A stretch of 64,000 nt of DNA from Squalus acanthias (lineage: Eukaryota), in contig CM059431.1 in NCBI GenBank assembly GCA_030390025.1, positions 130,140,001 through 130,204,000 of the forward strand, read 5' to 3'. This document shows positions 37,523 through 51,052 of the stretch, piece after piece. The notes beneath the pieces are model-generated. The model saw nothing but the letters and a program-made list of their open reading frames with translations. It was not told the origin of the DNA and did not search any database. Position 1 is the first letter of the stretch. Each line of letters starts with the position of its first letter. The position numbers and the translations under genes were made by a program.

Positions 37523-38875
37523 AATCAATTTGACAAAAGAATTTCGCAGCTTAAGACTTGAAGTGACTGAAAAGCAGAGCAGCGCCACAGCCGCTGAGTC
37601 AAAGGATCATTAGTTATTAGAATTCATGTAATATGCGTGATATGTTAATAGATAAATTTATGAATGGTCTTTGCAATATTTTGTGGTCTCTCTCATTTCA
37701 CCTTTGTGCCCCGGAGGATGCTGTGATATGGCGTGAGACAGGGATGGTATGATGGGAATGTGGTGAGCAACGGGGATCTGGGATTTCATTCATTCGAATT
37801 GCAGTCTGATGAGCCGGTCATGGACAGCCCGTCCGGAAAGCCGATTTGACTCGCTGCCTCCTCCCTCCCTCCTGTTCCGCCTCCTCCTTCTCCTCGTCCT
37901 CTTCCCCCTCCTCGTCCCCTCATCCTCATCCTCCTCCTGAGGTGGTACCGCAATCCCTGCTGGCAACGGCTACGCCCTCATGATTGCCAAGTTGTGGAGC
38001 ATGCAGCGGACCACCATGAAATGGGACACCCACTCTGGCAAGTACTGGAGGGCTCCTCCCGAGCGGTCAAGGCAGCGTCACCATTACTTCAGTAAGTTGA
38101 TGGTCTGCTCAATTATGTTCATGGTGGCAAAATTATATGAATGCTGGGCAGAAGTGTTGGGGTTGCGGAGGGGAGTCATGTGCCAGGAGGAAAGCGGATA
38201 GCCCTTATCTCCGAGCAGCCACCCTCGAGCTTGATGTGGTGCGTGGAAGAGTGCTGGCACACTGGTCTGGCACAGGATGAAGGCATCATGGCTGCTGCCA
38301 GGATAGCGGGCATTGACATTGAGGATTTGCTGTCTGTGGTCACACACCAACTGCACATTAAGTGAGTGAGTAATTTTTAGCAAGTGTTGTACTTTGAAGC
38401 CTTTCAAAAATAATGAGGGAGTATTATACTTGCCAGAACACTCCCTGATACTAAAGAACCTTGAAATAACTGAGGAAAACTCTTCCAGTAGCAGGAACTA
38501 GCAGACAGCCAATCAAACTTCAAAACCCTGACAGGTGCGCGTGATTGGTGAGGATCCCTTTAAATAGCGTCGCTGCAGATGGCTTCCTGCTGCTGCTTGC
38601 CACCTGAAGCTGTCGTTGCTTTCTCTATCATGGTGAGTACCTTGGCTAAAACGAAGTTGGGAGATCGGGCGTCCAGTGAGCGTTGCACACTCACTGACGT
38701 CAGGATCTCCATCATGGTGAGCTCCCTGGCGATCAAGGTTACGGGCAGCGCTACCGGCACCACCGATATGGCGTGCGGCGCTGGAACCGGCATCATCTGT
38801 CGTTACAGCTGTCAACGGCACTTTAGCGCCATCTCCTGGTGACATGAATTTCTCCCCCCCATTAATATAATCGCC

Positions 38876-41800
38876 AGTACTGAATACGGGTGAGGGCAAT
38901 GGTTCCTCTGGGGAGTACAGCCAAGACAACGCCACCATGGGTGGCTCAGCTGTACAAGGCGGGAGGAGGAAGATCGGGAAAGCAATAGTGATTGGAGATT
39001 CAATAGTTAAGGGGACAGATAGGTGCTTCTGCGGCTGCAGGCATGATTCCAGGATGGTATGTTGTCCCCCTGGTGCCAGGGTCAAAAGTGTCACTGAGCA
39101 GCTATGGGGGGAGGGTAAAAAGCCGGAGGCTGTCGTCCATATCGGTATCAATGACATAGGTAGAAAGAGGGATGAGGTCCTGCAGGCAGATTTTACGGAG
39201 CTAGGAAAGAGATTAAAAAGCAGGACCTTAAAGGTAGTAATCTCCGGATTGCTCCCGGTGCCACGAGTTAGTGAGGATAGAAATAGGAGGATAGAGCAGA
39301 TGAATGCGTGGCTGGAGAGATGGTGCAGGAGGGAGGGCTTTAGATTCCTGGGACATTGGGACCGGTTCTGGGGGAGGTGGGACCTGTACAGGCCGGACGG
39401 GTTGCACCTCAACAGAGCCGGGAACATTATCCTCACGGGTGGTGGGGCGGGGAGGGGTTTGCTAGTGCTGTTTAAACTAATATGGCAGGGGGATGGGCAC
39501 AGGAATGTAGCATTAGAAAGGAGAAAGAAGGTGCACGAAGGATTGGGAGAGACGGATAGCACTAGAGTAAGTAGTACGGTATTATGTGGGGTCAGACCAA
39601 GAGAGAATACAAGAAGGTCTAAGATAGGTTTACTGTGTGTAAACGCACGAAGCCTGGTAAATAAGGTTGGTGAGCTGCAGGCGCAAATAGCCACATGGAA
39701 ATATGATGTCATGGTGATAACGGAGACCTGGCTCAAAAAAGGGCAGGATTGGGTACTAAATATTCCTGGATATAAGGTGTTCAGGAAAGTTAGGGAAGGA
39801 AAGAAAGGAGGTGGGGTGGCAGTATTGATTAAGGAGAATATTACAGTGCTGGAGAGAGAGGCTGTCCTGCAGGAGGGGTCAAGGACAGAATCAATTTGGT
39901 TAGGGTTAAGAAACAATACAGGTGCCATTAAACTACTAGGTATATTCTATAGGCCACCAACTAGTGGGTAGGATATAGAGGCATAAATTTGCAGGGAAAT
40001 TACAGAGAGATGCAAAACTATAGAGTAAGTGATAATGGGGGATATCTATTATCCTAATATAGACTGAGATAGTAATAATGTAAAGGGCAGAGAGGGGGAA
40101 GAATTTTTGAAGTGTGTTCAGGAGAACTTTCTTGATCAGTAGGTTTCCGTCCCAATGAGGAAGGAGGCATTGCTGGATCTGGTTCTGGGGAATGAGGTGG
40201 GTCAAGTGGAGCAAGTGTGAGTAGGGGAACATTTAGGGAACAGTGATCACAGTATCATAAGATTTAGATTAGCTATGGAAAGGGACAAGGAGCAATCTAA
40301 AGTAAAAATACTTAATTGGAGGAGGGCCAATTTCAGTGGGTTGTGAACAGATCTGGCCCAGGTAAATTGGAATCAATGATGATGAAAGAGATAGAGAGTA
40401 AGATGAAGCAGAAAAAGGGGACATATGACAGATGTCAGGTTGAGAATACAAGTGAGAACCAGGCTGAATATAGAAAGTTCAGAGGGGATGTGAAAAAGGA
40501 AATGAGGGACAAAGAGAGAGTATGAGAATAGAAAGGCAGCTAAAATAAAAGGGAATCCAAAAGTTTTCTATAGGCTTATAAATAATAAATGGGTTGTAAG
40601 AGGAGGGGTGGGGCCGTTTAGGGACCAAAAGGGAGATGCATGGAGGCTGAGGTACTAAATGAGTACTTTGCATCTGTCTTTACCAAGGAAGAAGATGCTA
40701 GTCATAGTGAAAGAAGGGGTAGTTGAGATACTGGATGGGATAAAAATTGATAGGAGGTACTAGAAAGGCTGGCTGTACTTAAAGTAGTTAAGTCACTAGG
40801 ACCGGACAGGATGCATCCTTGGATGCTGAGGGAAGTAAAGGTGGAAATTGCGGAGGTACTGGCCATAATCTTCCAATCCTTCCTAGATACAGGGGTGGTG
40901 CCAGAGGATTGGAGAATTGCAAATGTTCAAAACCTTGTTCAAAAAAGGGTGTAAGGATAAACCCAGCAACTACAGGCCAGTCAGTTTAACCTCGGTAATG
41001 GGGAAGCTTTTAGAAACGATAATCCGGGACAAAATTAACAGTCACTTGGACAAGTGTGGATTAATTAAGGAAAACCAGCACGGATTTGTGAAAGGCAAAT
41101 TGTATTTAACTAACTTGATTGAGTTTTTGATGAGGGCAATGCGGTGGATGTGGTGTACATGTACTTCCAAAAGACGTTTGATAAAGTGCCACTTAATAGG
41201 CTTGCCAGCAAAGTTGAAGCCCATGGAATAAAAGGGACAGTGGCAGCATGGATATAAAATTGGCTAAGTGACAGGAAACAGAGAGTAGTGATGAACGGTT
41301 GTTTTTCAGACTGGAGGAAGGTATACAGTGGTGTTCCCCAGGGGTCGGTACTAGGAGCACTGCTTTTCTATATATATATATTAATAACTTTGACCTGGGT
41401 GTACAGAGTACAATTTCAAAATTTGCAGATGACACAAAACTTAGAAGTATAGTGAACAGTGAGGAGGATAGACTTCAAGAGCACATAGACGGGCTGGTGG
41501 AATGGGCGGACACGTTGCAGATGAAATTTAACGCAGAAAAGTGCGAAGTGATACATTTTGGTAGGAAGAACCGGGAGATGCAATATAAACTAAAGTGTGT
41601 GCATGAACAGAGAGACCTGGGGGTATATGTGCACAAATTGTTGAAAGGTGGCGGGGCAGCTTGAGAATGCGGTTAAGAAAACATACAGGATCCTGGGCTT
41701 CATAAATAGACGCATAGAGTACAAAAGCAAGGAAGTTATGATGAACCTTTTTAAAACACTGGTTCGGCCTCAACTGGAGTATTGTGTCCAATTCTGGGCA

Positions 41801-42296
41801 CCGCACTTGAGGAAGGATGTGAAGGCCTTAGAGAAGGTGTAGAAAAGATTTACAAGAATGGTTCCAGGGATGAGGGACTTCAGTTACGTGGATAGACTGG
41901 GGAAGCTGGGGTTGTTCTTTGAGCAGAAAAGGTTGAGAGGAGATTTGATAGAGGTGTTCAAAATCATGAAGATTCTAGACAGAGTAGATAGAGTAAAACT
42001 GTTCCCATTGGCAGAAGGGTCGAGAACCAGAGGACACAGATTTAAGGTGATTGGCAGAAGAACCAAAGGTGACATGAGGAAAAACTTTTTTACGCAGCGA
42101 GTGTTTATGATCTGAAAGGGTGGTGGAGGCAGATTCAATCTTGGCTTTCAAAAGGGTATTGATAAGTACCTGAAGGAAAATAATTTGCAGTGCTACAGGA
42201 AAAGGGTGGGGGAGTGGGACTAGCTTAAGTGCTCTTGCAGAGAGCCGGCACGGGCTCAACGGGCCGAGTGGCCTCCTTCTGTGCTGTAACCATTCT
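38876..42296 (+). mobile_element. CR1 LINE (esterase ORF1, decayed ORF2) inside element F
   Basis: IGDSIV, DGLHLN, VNARSL, NYRPVSLTSV, FADDTK and LEYCVQFW; 3' end CCTTCTGTGCTGTAACCATTCT. Confidence 0.92.
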
Positions 42297-42502
42297 CCCA
42301 TTCAATATTAATGAAGAGTGAACATGAATTTTGCGTGCTACCTGGACCATTTTCAGGTGGCGGAGCTTAACCTCATTTAGTCTTAACACTGCCCATTTCG
42401 TGGCTCTATCCATTTTTTAGCCCATACAGTACAATACTAAAAATGGCACTATAAACATACAGAAGGAGACTCTTAAACTGCACAGTAACCTCTGAACCTT
42501 AA

Positions 42503-43336
42503 GGGCTGGATTTTGTCAGCCCCGAGGAGGCGGATATGGAGGCGGGACTGCCGGTAAAGTTACAGAATATGGGGGCAGCTGGCAAACCCGCCTCCGTGCC
42601 TTTTTGCCAGGGGGCGGGAAGCCGTCCTGCCCTGGGTCCCGTCTCCTCGAGGCGGGAAAGGGATTAAATCCTATTAACTGCCTGTTAACAGGTAGTTAAC
42701 AGGCAGAAAATAGGATTAGTCCCATTTTACCTTTCCAAGTGCAGGCTTCCCGACCTCGGAGAACCCCGCCGGGGTGTAGGAGGTGAGTAGGAGGTCTGCG
42801 GGGGTTGGAGGGGTCTGAAAGTGAGATGTAGAGGTGAGTGATGGGTGCAAGTGTGGCATGGTAAGTATGTAAGGTGAGTGTTAAGTGTTTTAAAATGTTC
42901 ACTTACCTTTGTTTCTGCCTACAGCCTTCAGCCGCTGTGGATCCGGAGCCCCGACATCTTCATTGTAGATTTCACAGACTGGCTGTTGGATCCTCCGAAC
43001 CAACAGCCAGGTGATTTCTGCAAAGTTGAAAGGTTTGATGAGTCCTGAACACAAGGACTCATCAAACTACACAGAATGTCTGTGTTTGACAGCTTCACAG
43101 AGCTGTCAAACGCTGACATTTCTTCTTTCAAGAAATCTTGACAGATAGCACGTCAGATGTTGACGTGCTCTGTTAGTGACTTCCCCTTAATTGGCCTGCT
43201 GAGCCCGCTGGACGGGCTTAACAAGGTCAATCAGGGGAAAATCCCGCTGGTTGGCCAGACGCTGATGGAGGCGGGATTGAAAGCCGGCAAGCAGCAGTCC
43301 CGCCTCCAAAAGCTTCCCATTGACAAAATCCAGTCC
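42503..43336. mobile_element. Non-autonomous Harbinger (MITE) related to 9456-12678
   Basis: 16-bp TIR GG(G/A)CTGGATTTTGTCA, TSD TAA. Confidence 0.9.
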
Positions 43337-43815
43337 TAAGTGTTCAAAGCAAAATTGACATATTTAAAAAGGAACTGGGAAAGAACTGCACTGAAGATTT
43401 AAAAGTTTTTTTTGAGAAACCTGCATAAAGATTTGAGGCCCCTAGTGTAGGACATTATCACGGTGGGAATAGTACTCGAGAACACATGGCAAATCAAGAC
43501 GCACTGGTTAGGTGCCAGCCAGTTTGGGTTTTAAAAGCCTGTAGGCTGTCCCAAGAAATGATATCCGAGAGAGGCAAGAACAGGGAATGAGAAATAGAAT
43601 TTTTAACAGTAAGGATGACAATGAGTTAGTATGATTGTGTATGTGGAGCTTAGGAGCAATTAGAAAATTTCAGAGGAGTACTGACCATATTAGGATATTC
43701 ATTGGGCTACAATAATTCATTAAGTTACTAATTTCTTAGGCAATTCTTCAAGAAAGTAATCCAAGCAGTTGTACTATTTCCTCTACATCTTCAGTTACTC
43801 AAAAAAGATCAGGAT

Positions 43816-43933
43816 TTTTTTTTTACTCGTTCATGGGATGTGGGCGTCACTGGCAAGGCCAGCATTTATTGCCCATCCCTAGTTGCCCTTGAGAAGTTGC
43901 TGGTGAGCCACCTTTCTGAACCGCTGCAGTCGT
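43816..43933 (-). mobile_element. 3' tail of the LINE family at 5767-6922
   Basis: Reverse-complement match to about 6805-6925. Confidence 0.85.
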
Positions 43934-44177
43934 GTGTCTATGTTTGTTTGTCGTCTTATTAAACATTTTTTTATCTCCTGCCAAGTCATTTTTTTTTTAG
44001 CCAAGATAGGATTCAGGTGCCTGATTTATTTGTTGGCGTATGAATTGAGGGAGGGGTGCATTACCTTTCCAAAGATTACTATCCTCCTCAACAATACTTC
44101 TTACACATTGAGTGCCACCTATGCATAATTAAAATATGTCTTCTGTGTTTTCTAACTAATATAGCTGCATTTATATT

Positions 44178-44930
44178 GGCCCAAAAATTCGGCCGAATAC
44201 GGGAGAGTACCCGCTGCGTACTCACCCGTATTCGGTCCCGAAGTGCCGGTTTCCTGCATGCACTGCGCATGCGCGGGAAACCGGCACTTCCAGTATGGCG
44301 AAGGGGGCGGTTCCTAGGTGAACCGCGTGCGCAATAGAGGCTGCGCGCACGCAGCACACTTAGGTTTTTTTTCAGGTTTCAACGCGAGGGTAACTATGGA
44401 AGATTTTACACCAGAAAAAAGGAGGCGTAAGACCCCTTTTGAACAAGGTAAGTAGTTAATTAAGTATAATTTTTAATTTTTTTCAACAGGTTTATCTTTT
44501 TTAGAGACTTTAAAGAAAGGTAAGTTTATTTTTATAACTTTTAAAAAGTATTTTAATTTTTTCAAAAATTTAAATTTTTGTTTAAAGTGGTTAATTTATT
44601 TAACTATAGTTATTTTATTAATGTGATGGTTTTAAAAAAAAATTATTTGAGGTTTAGCTGTTCTTTTGGGGTCTCTCAATTCACAGGTCTCCTGTCAAAT
44701 CTATGAATGAAAGATAGTCTGCTGCCATTGGCTCTCCATGGCCCACGTGATCCCAGAGGTCGCATCGCACTAACTGCGCTCCTGGGACACGCACACACTG
44801 CGCGCCGGCACTAGGGAGAGGCCCAGGACCCGAAGTTCCTGTGGGCCCAAAACACAACGGCCGGCGCGGAGTGTGATATCGCGGGGGATCCTTACCCCCG
44901 CGGCAAGCCTCCGAGTCAAATTTCTGGGCC
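44178..44930. mobile_element. Harbinger-type MITE with subterminal hairpins, CpG-rich
   Basis: TIR GGCCCA(A/G)AAATT, TSD ATT, homologous to 2974-3678. Confidence 0.88.
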
Positions 44931-45168
44931 ATTGGTTTGGTGTCGCCATCTCCCAACAGACCGGTTTTGTGCAGCTGGGGCAGCAACCCCAAAGTAAACT
45001 TGCCGAATTTGCTCAGCCTGGCTATTGGGAAGTCCCAGTTTAAAAAAAAGACAATTCCTCAATTTTACTTTGTGGATCATGCCAGTTGCCAGAAAGTTTT
45101 TTGGACTACTATATAGACAGAGTGTCTACTATTCACACATTCTTCTTTTGCAACACTGTTTAGAACTA

Positions 45169-45528
45169 AAAACAGAAAATGCTGGAAAAACTCAGCAGGT
45201 CAGGCAGTATCTGTGGAGAGAGAAATAGAGTTAGTTTCAGGTCGATGACCTTTCGTCAGAACTGGAAGAAGTTAGAGATATAACAGGTTTTAAGCAAGTA
45301 AAGGGGGAGGGGAGGAAAGAACAAAAGGGAAAGGCCGTGAAGGCAGGAACGATTAAATGACAAAAGATATGATGGTGTGAGCAAAAGGGAGTGATAATCG
45401 AACAAGTAAATAAACAAAAGATGGGTCTAGAGGAGCTGTAATTGGCAACAGCAGAACCAGAACCAGAACCTGCTGTCTGGAAAAAATGGGAGCTGTGGTT
45501 AGCATACACAGTATTTTGCTTTTGTTTT
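45169..45528 (-). mobile_element. Penelope-derived insertion with a hammerhead motif and a short inverted tail
   Basis: 14-bp TSD ACTGTTTAGAACTA (45155-45168, 45529-45542). 45501-45528 is the family tail in the opposite orientation. Confidence 0.85.
45229..45263 (-). ncRNA. Minimal type I hammerhead ribozyme motif (stem III damaged)
   Basis: Minus strand AGTT-CTGACGA-A-AGGTC-ATC-GACCT-GAAA-CT-AACT, 2 nt shorter at stem III than the 29-kb copy. Confidence 0.7.
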
Positions 45529-46036
45529 ACTGTTTAGAACTAGATGTACTTGAAAAATTGAAGAAGTACTTGAAATATATTCAGCTTCAACTTTGTGTTG
45601 AGCGATCGGGCCGGGAAGCATTGCGACCCTGAATAAACAGAAGCCAGGAAAGTATTTCAGTAACACATGCTTGTGCCGCTGAAGGGCAAAAAATGCAGCA
45701 GAGAGTGAAACTGAGCTTTCAAGTTGGGCATGAATGCAGGCACAATAAAGATTGTGACGCAAGCCTTGCCACAAGGATTGAAGCTGTGGTCATTTTATTG
45801 ATGCTACTATGCTTGGTATTTCTCAGAACTATCTTCCTGTTCTTCCTAATTTGCAAATATGCCATTTACTGTGCTCTTTCTTCTTGGCACATACTCACCG
45901 TGTTGAAATAAAGACTCATCACAGTCTAACTTATTCTTTCCCAGGCCCATAAAACTGTGCAACTCACTGCCTCACTGAGCCAACCCTTCGTATTGCAATC
46001 CGCAATCACTCATAGCTAACCAGTAACACTGCTTAA

Positions 46037-46290
46037 GTGTCAGCTTAGCTCGATTTATAGCATTTTCATCTCTGAGTCAGAAGATTGTGTGCTCAAGCCC
46101 AATTCTAGGAATTTAGCACCAACCTAGAATGACACTCCAGTGTAATACTGAATGATGCTGCATTGACAGAGCTGCAGTCCTTTGGATCAGATGTCAAACT
46201 GAGCCCCCTCCCCCCCCCACCAACCCCATGTCTGTTACATTAGTTCAGGTGGACGTTAAAGATGCCATTCACTATTTGAATCATACCCCA
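46037..46290 (+). mobile_element. Old DeuSINE (SacSINE1-like) fragment
   Basis: Similar to 47004-47435 (TCTGAGTCAGAAG, ACTCCAGTG..TACTGA). Confidence 0.65.
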
Positions 46291-46384
46291 CTGCCTTATT
46301 TCCCCTTTATGCAAGGACATTGGTACTAGTTTGATTCAGATTTAGCTGTCCTGTCTGTACAGCTTCCTCTGTCACAGAACTTAT

Positions 46385-46577
46385 ACATAGAAACATAGAA
46401 GATAGGAGCAGGAGTAGGCCATTTGGCCCCTCGAGCCTGCTCCGCCATTCGATGAGATCATGGCTGATCATCCAAACTCAGTACCCTGTACCTGCCTTCT
46501 CCCCATATCCCTTGATACCTTTAGCTTTAAGAAATATATCTAACTCATTCTTGAATATATTTAATGACTTGGCCTCA
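46385..46577 (-). mobile_element. CR1 3' tail fragment
   Basis: Close match to 26428-26625. Confidence 0.88.
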
Positions 46578-47003
46578 AGTACCAACACCATAGCAATCTG
46601 AAGCCCTCCCTTCTACACTATTTTTCTAGCCACATGTTGATATGTCAGTGTAGTTTTTCACCTTTACCACCTGAGCGGTAAGCTGGCAGAGTGGACTGAA
46701 GTCAGAATATTGAAATTATACTCTGTCCATGTGCTACAATAGTGTTCAGGTCAAATCCGTTTCCATACCTTCTCAGTAAGAACTCACAACGTAGGCATCT
46801 CAATCAGTCAGCCTCAAAATTCACCTAATGACTCGTTTGATGATTCCTTTAGGAATTCTACTCTATTAGCCATTCCTTCAATTCAAATTACACAATCAGT
46901 AAAATCCAATTGTGGGGGAAGGGAGAATTATGTAAATTTGTATCTATTCATAAATAGTGCAACAGTAATTATGCCTCCATTTTCATTACCAGTCCAGTTC
47001 AGC

Positions 47004-47435
47004 GTGTCAGCCGTGTCTCAGTGGTAGCAATCTCTGAATCAGAAGGTTGTGGGTTCCAATCCCACTCCAGAGACTTGAACAAAAAATCTAGGCTCCCACT
47101 CCAGTGCAGTACTGAGGGAGTGCTGCACTGTGGGAGGTGCTGTCTTTTGGATGAGACAGGAAACGTCTGCCCTCTCTGGTGGAGTAAAAGGTCCATTGGC
47201 ACTATTTCGAAGAAGAGCAGGGGAGTTCTCAACCAACAGCTAAAAACTGATTATCTGGTCATTATCACATTGCTGTTTGTGGGAGCCTTGCTGTGCACAA
47301 AATGGCTGCCACGTTTCCTATATTACAACAGTGACTACACTTCTAAAAAGTACTTCATTGGCTGTAAAGTGCTTTGGGACATCCTGAGGTCATGAATGGT
47401 GCTATGTGAATGCAAATCTTTCTTTTCTTTCTTTC
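47004..47435 (+). mobile_element. DeuSINE (SacSINE1-like)
   Basis: tRNA-like head, CAGTGCAGTACTGAGGGAGTGCTGCACTG hairpin, Deu-like body, (TTTC)n tail. Confidence 0.8.
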
Positions 47436-47837
47436 AAAGAAACATCCCTGTCTGCTAGTACTCTCAGGAGATCTTTACATCAGGCGACTGAGATCAGGGG
47501 GGAGAAATTTCGTTATCGGCCCGATTGGGGTGCTAAATTTTGAAATCTTGAAAAATTAGCGCCAGGCGCTAATGAATCTGAGGTTCCCTTAAATTGGCTG
47601 TTAGCGCTCCAGGAGAGAGCTGGAGCGCTAAATCAAGCGCTAATGACCTCAGTAGGGCGCTACAGGGGCGCTACCAGCAGATCGATAATGAATTTCAGGT
47701 GCAATGCATTCAGCAATGATCCTTCACACTGGCTCCTTCCAGCTCTTAAAGGGGAGGTTGCATCGTTGTGCAGATCCTCGTTATCAGCAGTGCTGGCTGT
47801 GAAGGCGACCTGCAAGCAACTCAATCCCCTGATCGCG

Positions 47838-49736
47838 ATGGCTGATCCCACTCCCAGGGAGAGAGCTCGTCATTTCACAGACGAGGCTTTGGAGGCATTG
47901 GTTGCGGGAGTGGGACAAAGGAGGGCAGTGCTGTTCCCAGACACTAGAAGGAGGCCGTTGCCCCAGGTCTTCAGGGCAATGTGGAGGGAAGTGGCCCAGG
48001 AGGTCTCGGCCAGTAGTGTGGTCATATGCAGCCTGACACAGTGCCGGAAGAAATTCAACGACCTCACTCGAGTGGTCAAGGTGAGTACATGCTTCAACAG
48101 GTCCTGCATACCACCATCTGAACCTCAGTTTGTACACACAGCACAAACCACCACACCCTCACCACTCACCCACCAAGCATCTGCACCTACTTAAACTCAC
48201 ATCTTACTCCTTGCCCACAATCACAGCTATTCAACTACAGCAGGCATATCTACCAAACACATAGCTGGACTCTGATTCACACACATTCGTTTCTCTTGCA
48301 AGCCAAGATGGCCCACAATAGGAGGGAGCAGCAGAGAACAGGCGGGGGTGATGCGCAGCTCCAGCAGCTTTCAAACCTGGAGGAGCGAGTGCTGCGACTC
48401 ATTGGGCAGCAGGTGTTGGGCGCCTTTGCCCTCGGCAATGTCGACCCCCTTGGGGGAAACAACGGTATCTCCTCTCCTTCTCTCATCCCACTTCCCCCTC
48501 ACACCACAAGCCTTTCCCACTTTCCAGCTCCTGATACTGTCTGCATTCCTTGCTCCCTTCCTGCCTCACCTTAAAGCGAGTCTTGTGCCTTTAAGCTTTC
48601 AGAGAATCAGCAACCAGATGACCAACCTGTCCCTCAGCCTCCCACTGAGAATGAGGAAGGAGAAGAGGAGGCGGAGCAAAGCACCACGTCATTGCATCTA
48701 TCACCCACAGGCGCCACCTCAGATACTGGCACTACGCGATCTTTAGAGGCAAGTTTAGTAGAGGGGTCTGCACAGGGTGATGCACCAGGGACAAGCGGGC
48801 TGCAGCAAAGCCAGGGGGGAAAGAATTGCTTGGGAGCCAGCTCCCCAGAGGGTGAGTGCGCAGGACTCAGATGAGGACCTCGATGGGGAGGAGTTCACAA
48901 GAAGGGTAATAGGCATGCACACCGAGATGATAGGTGGAATGGCAAGGGTGCCCGAGAGCCTGTCGGCAATGGTAAGGAGCATGAAGGAGTCCGCTTCCAA
49001 CATTACACAGAGCTCTGTGCACACCATGGAGCCCATCCTTGGCAGTCTGTGAAGAATGGTGGACTCTTTGAGAGACCGTGGGGACCCAGATCTCATGCTG
49101 CATGTCATGGGCGATGTGGCAGCATCCATTGCAGCACAGGCGGAAGCCACGCAACATCTTAGTGCTGTAATGCAGTCAATGGTTGATGACATCCAGTCGC
49201 AGACTGCTCTCATGTAGTCTCAGCTTGATGCCACGAAAGCTCTGACTGCTGCCATCATCGCAGGGTCCACCACAGACCACCGGGGATCTCACAGTGTCAC
49301 GGCAGGCCAGCAATCTGTGCTCGAGCAGATTGCTCCGAATGCTGAGGTGCTGCCCTGGGGGAGTGGCAGTGTGTCAATGGAGCAGGAACCTGCTGTTCTC
49401 TCTCAGGATGACAGCATTCCTGCTCCCACCACTGCCACTCCACCATTGTCCTTGCCGCTGCCTGTCCTCCAGCCAGCCCAGACTGCCGCCGCCCATACTG
49501 AGGTGGTGCAGTCTACAGCCGGGCCTTCCCAGCCCAGAGCTAGTCGAGGGCATCCTGCAAGGCCATCTGAAGTCTCTGGCACCGACACTCAGCAGCCTCC
49601 CACCAGCCCTGCTGCAGCCACTGGGGAGACACTATGTAGGAGCACTAGATTAGGAAAAGGCAGTGTAAAGAGGGGAAGTAAGGGCTTGCACAAGGGTCAT
49701 TCGTTAATATTGTTGTTGTATATATGTGGTTACTGA
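47838..49736 (+). pseudogene. Spliced Myb/SANT accessory gene of element H
   Basis: Exon 1 47838-48080 then GTGAGT. Exon 2 48302-48464 (RTGGG; acceptor AG mutated to AA). Exon 3 from 48603 with a frameshift and stops. Confidence 0.85.
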
Positions 49737-49868
49737 TTGTGTAGAAATTTACTATTGGAATGTTGCAGAAATGGTGCTGTGTCTCATCTCAGCTTTGGGG
49801 TGTGGTATGGAATGAGAAATGGATGGAATTATGGGGACTGGATGAGCGACCAGGAAGTGGCCTCGAAT

Positions 49869-51052
49869 TCATTGGAACCGCAGTCTGATGAGGCGGTCAC
49901 AGACTGCCCTTCCACAAGGCCGATGGAGTGGCTGGATCCTCCGTCGCTGCTGTTCATGCTCCTGTTCCTCCTCCTCCTCGTCCTCGTCCTCCTCTTCCTC
50001 CTCCTGAGGTGGTGCGGCTATGCCTGGTGGCAATGGCTGCACCTTCATGATGGCCAAATTGTGCAGCGTGCAGCAGACGACGACGAAAAAGGGACACCCA
50101 CTCAGCCAAGTACTGGAGGGCTCCTCCCGAACGGTGAAGACAGTGGAACCATTGCTTGAGCACTCCAATGGTCTGCTCAATGATGTTCCTGGTGGCAGCA
50201 TGTCTCTCACTGTATGAGTGTTGGGCACGAGTGCAGGGGTTGCGGAGGGGAGTCATGAGCCAGGTGGAGAGCGGATAGCCCTTGTCTCCCAGCAGCCATC
50301 CGCTAGTTTGATGTGTTGGCTGGAAGAGTCTGGTGCAGGATGAAGGCATCGTGGCTGCTGCCAGGATAGTGGGTATTGACGGTGAGGATTCGCTGTGTGT
50401 GGTCGCACACCAACTGCACATTAAGTGAGTGGTAGCCTTTGCGGTTACGCAATACCTCAGGATTGTTATGAGGTGCCCGCAAAGCGATGTGGGTGCAGTC
50501 AATGGCGCCCTGCACCATGGGGAAGCCCGCTATCCTGGCAAAGCCACATTCACGCTCTCGCTGCTTCTCTCTGGCCATGGGGAAGGAAATGTAGTCCCTT
50601 CTCCTTCTGTAGAGAGCATCTGTGACCTCATGGATGCAGCAATGGACGGCGAACTGCGATATGTTAGATATGTCTCCTGTTGCACACTGGAAGGATCCGC
50701 TGGCATAGAACTTGAGGGCGACGGTGACCTTGACTGCCACTGAGAGAGCCATGGTGCTTCTGATGTGAGGCTCGAGGTCTGGCTGCAGGAGGTTGCAGAG
50801 CTCTGTGACGACGTCCTTGGTGAAGCGGAGCCTTCTAAGACACTGCTCCTCAGTGAAATTGATGTAGGAGAAATGCTGCCGGAATACGCTGGGAGGGTAA
50901 GGCCTCCTGTTGAGAGTCCAGTTGGCTCTCCTCCCTCTGGCCACATTTTGCAAACTTTCTCTCTGCCTTCGCTGCCTCCGACGGTGACGCTGGAGGGCGA
51001 GTTCCAGTGCCAGTACAGCCCCCATTAAATGATGGAAATGTTGCGCCATCAA
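49869..51052 (-). pseudogene. Harbinger DDE transposase of element H, full length with about 2 frameshifts
   Basis: GAIDCTH, YPGSSHDAFIL, WLLGDKGY and RNIIEQTIGVLK over three overlapping ORFs. Confidence 0.92.

Larger units (their letters stand above)
34800..38859 (+). mobile_element. Harbinger element G, same family as F, inserted inverted into F
   Basis: TIRs GGGCTAGAAATTT / GAATTTCTCCCCCC, TSD CAT. Myb exon from about 35438; transposase C-terminal remnant on - at about 37790-38370. Confidence 0.8.
31060..42423. mobile_element. Two-gene Harbinger element F, left end uncertain, containing element G and a CR1
   Basis: Transposase on +, Myb on -. The distal end 42297-42423 (TTTTTTAGCCC) is the reverse-complement homologue of the left end of G. 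Confidence 0.75.

Noticed and set aside
38513..39928. 471-aa minus-strand ORF
   Set aside because: Antisense shadow of the CR1 running into a Harbinger end.
38937..39971. Novel esterase-endonuclease fusion protein
   Set aside because: An indel in a G-rich tract near 39440 joins ORF1 to ORF2 in a decayed copy that stops shortly afterwards.
49869..51052. Domesticated HARBI1 or NAIF1/MSANTD host genes
   Set aside because: Multi-copy, TIR- and TSD-bounded and frameshifted, so no gene symbol was assigned.
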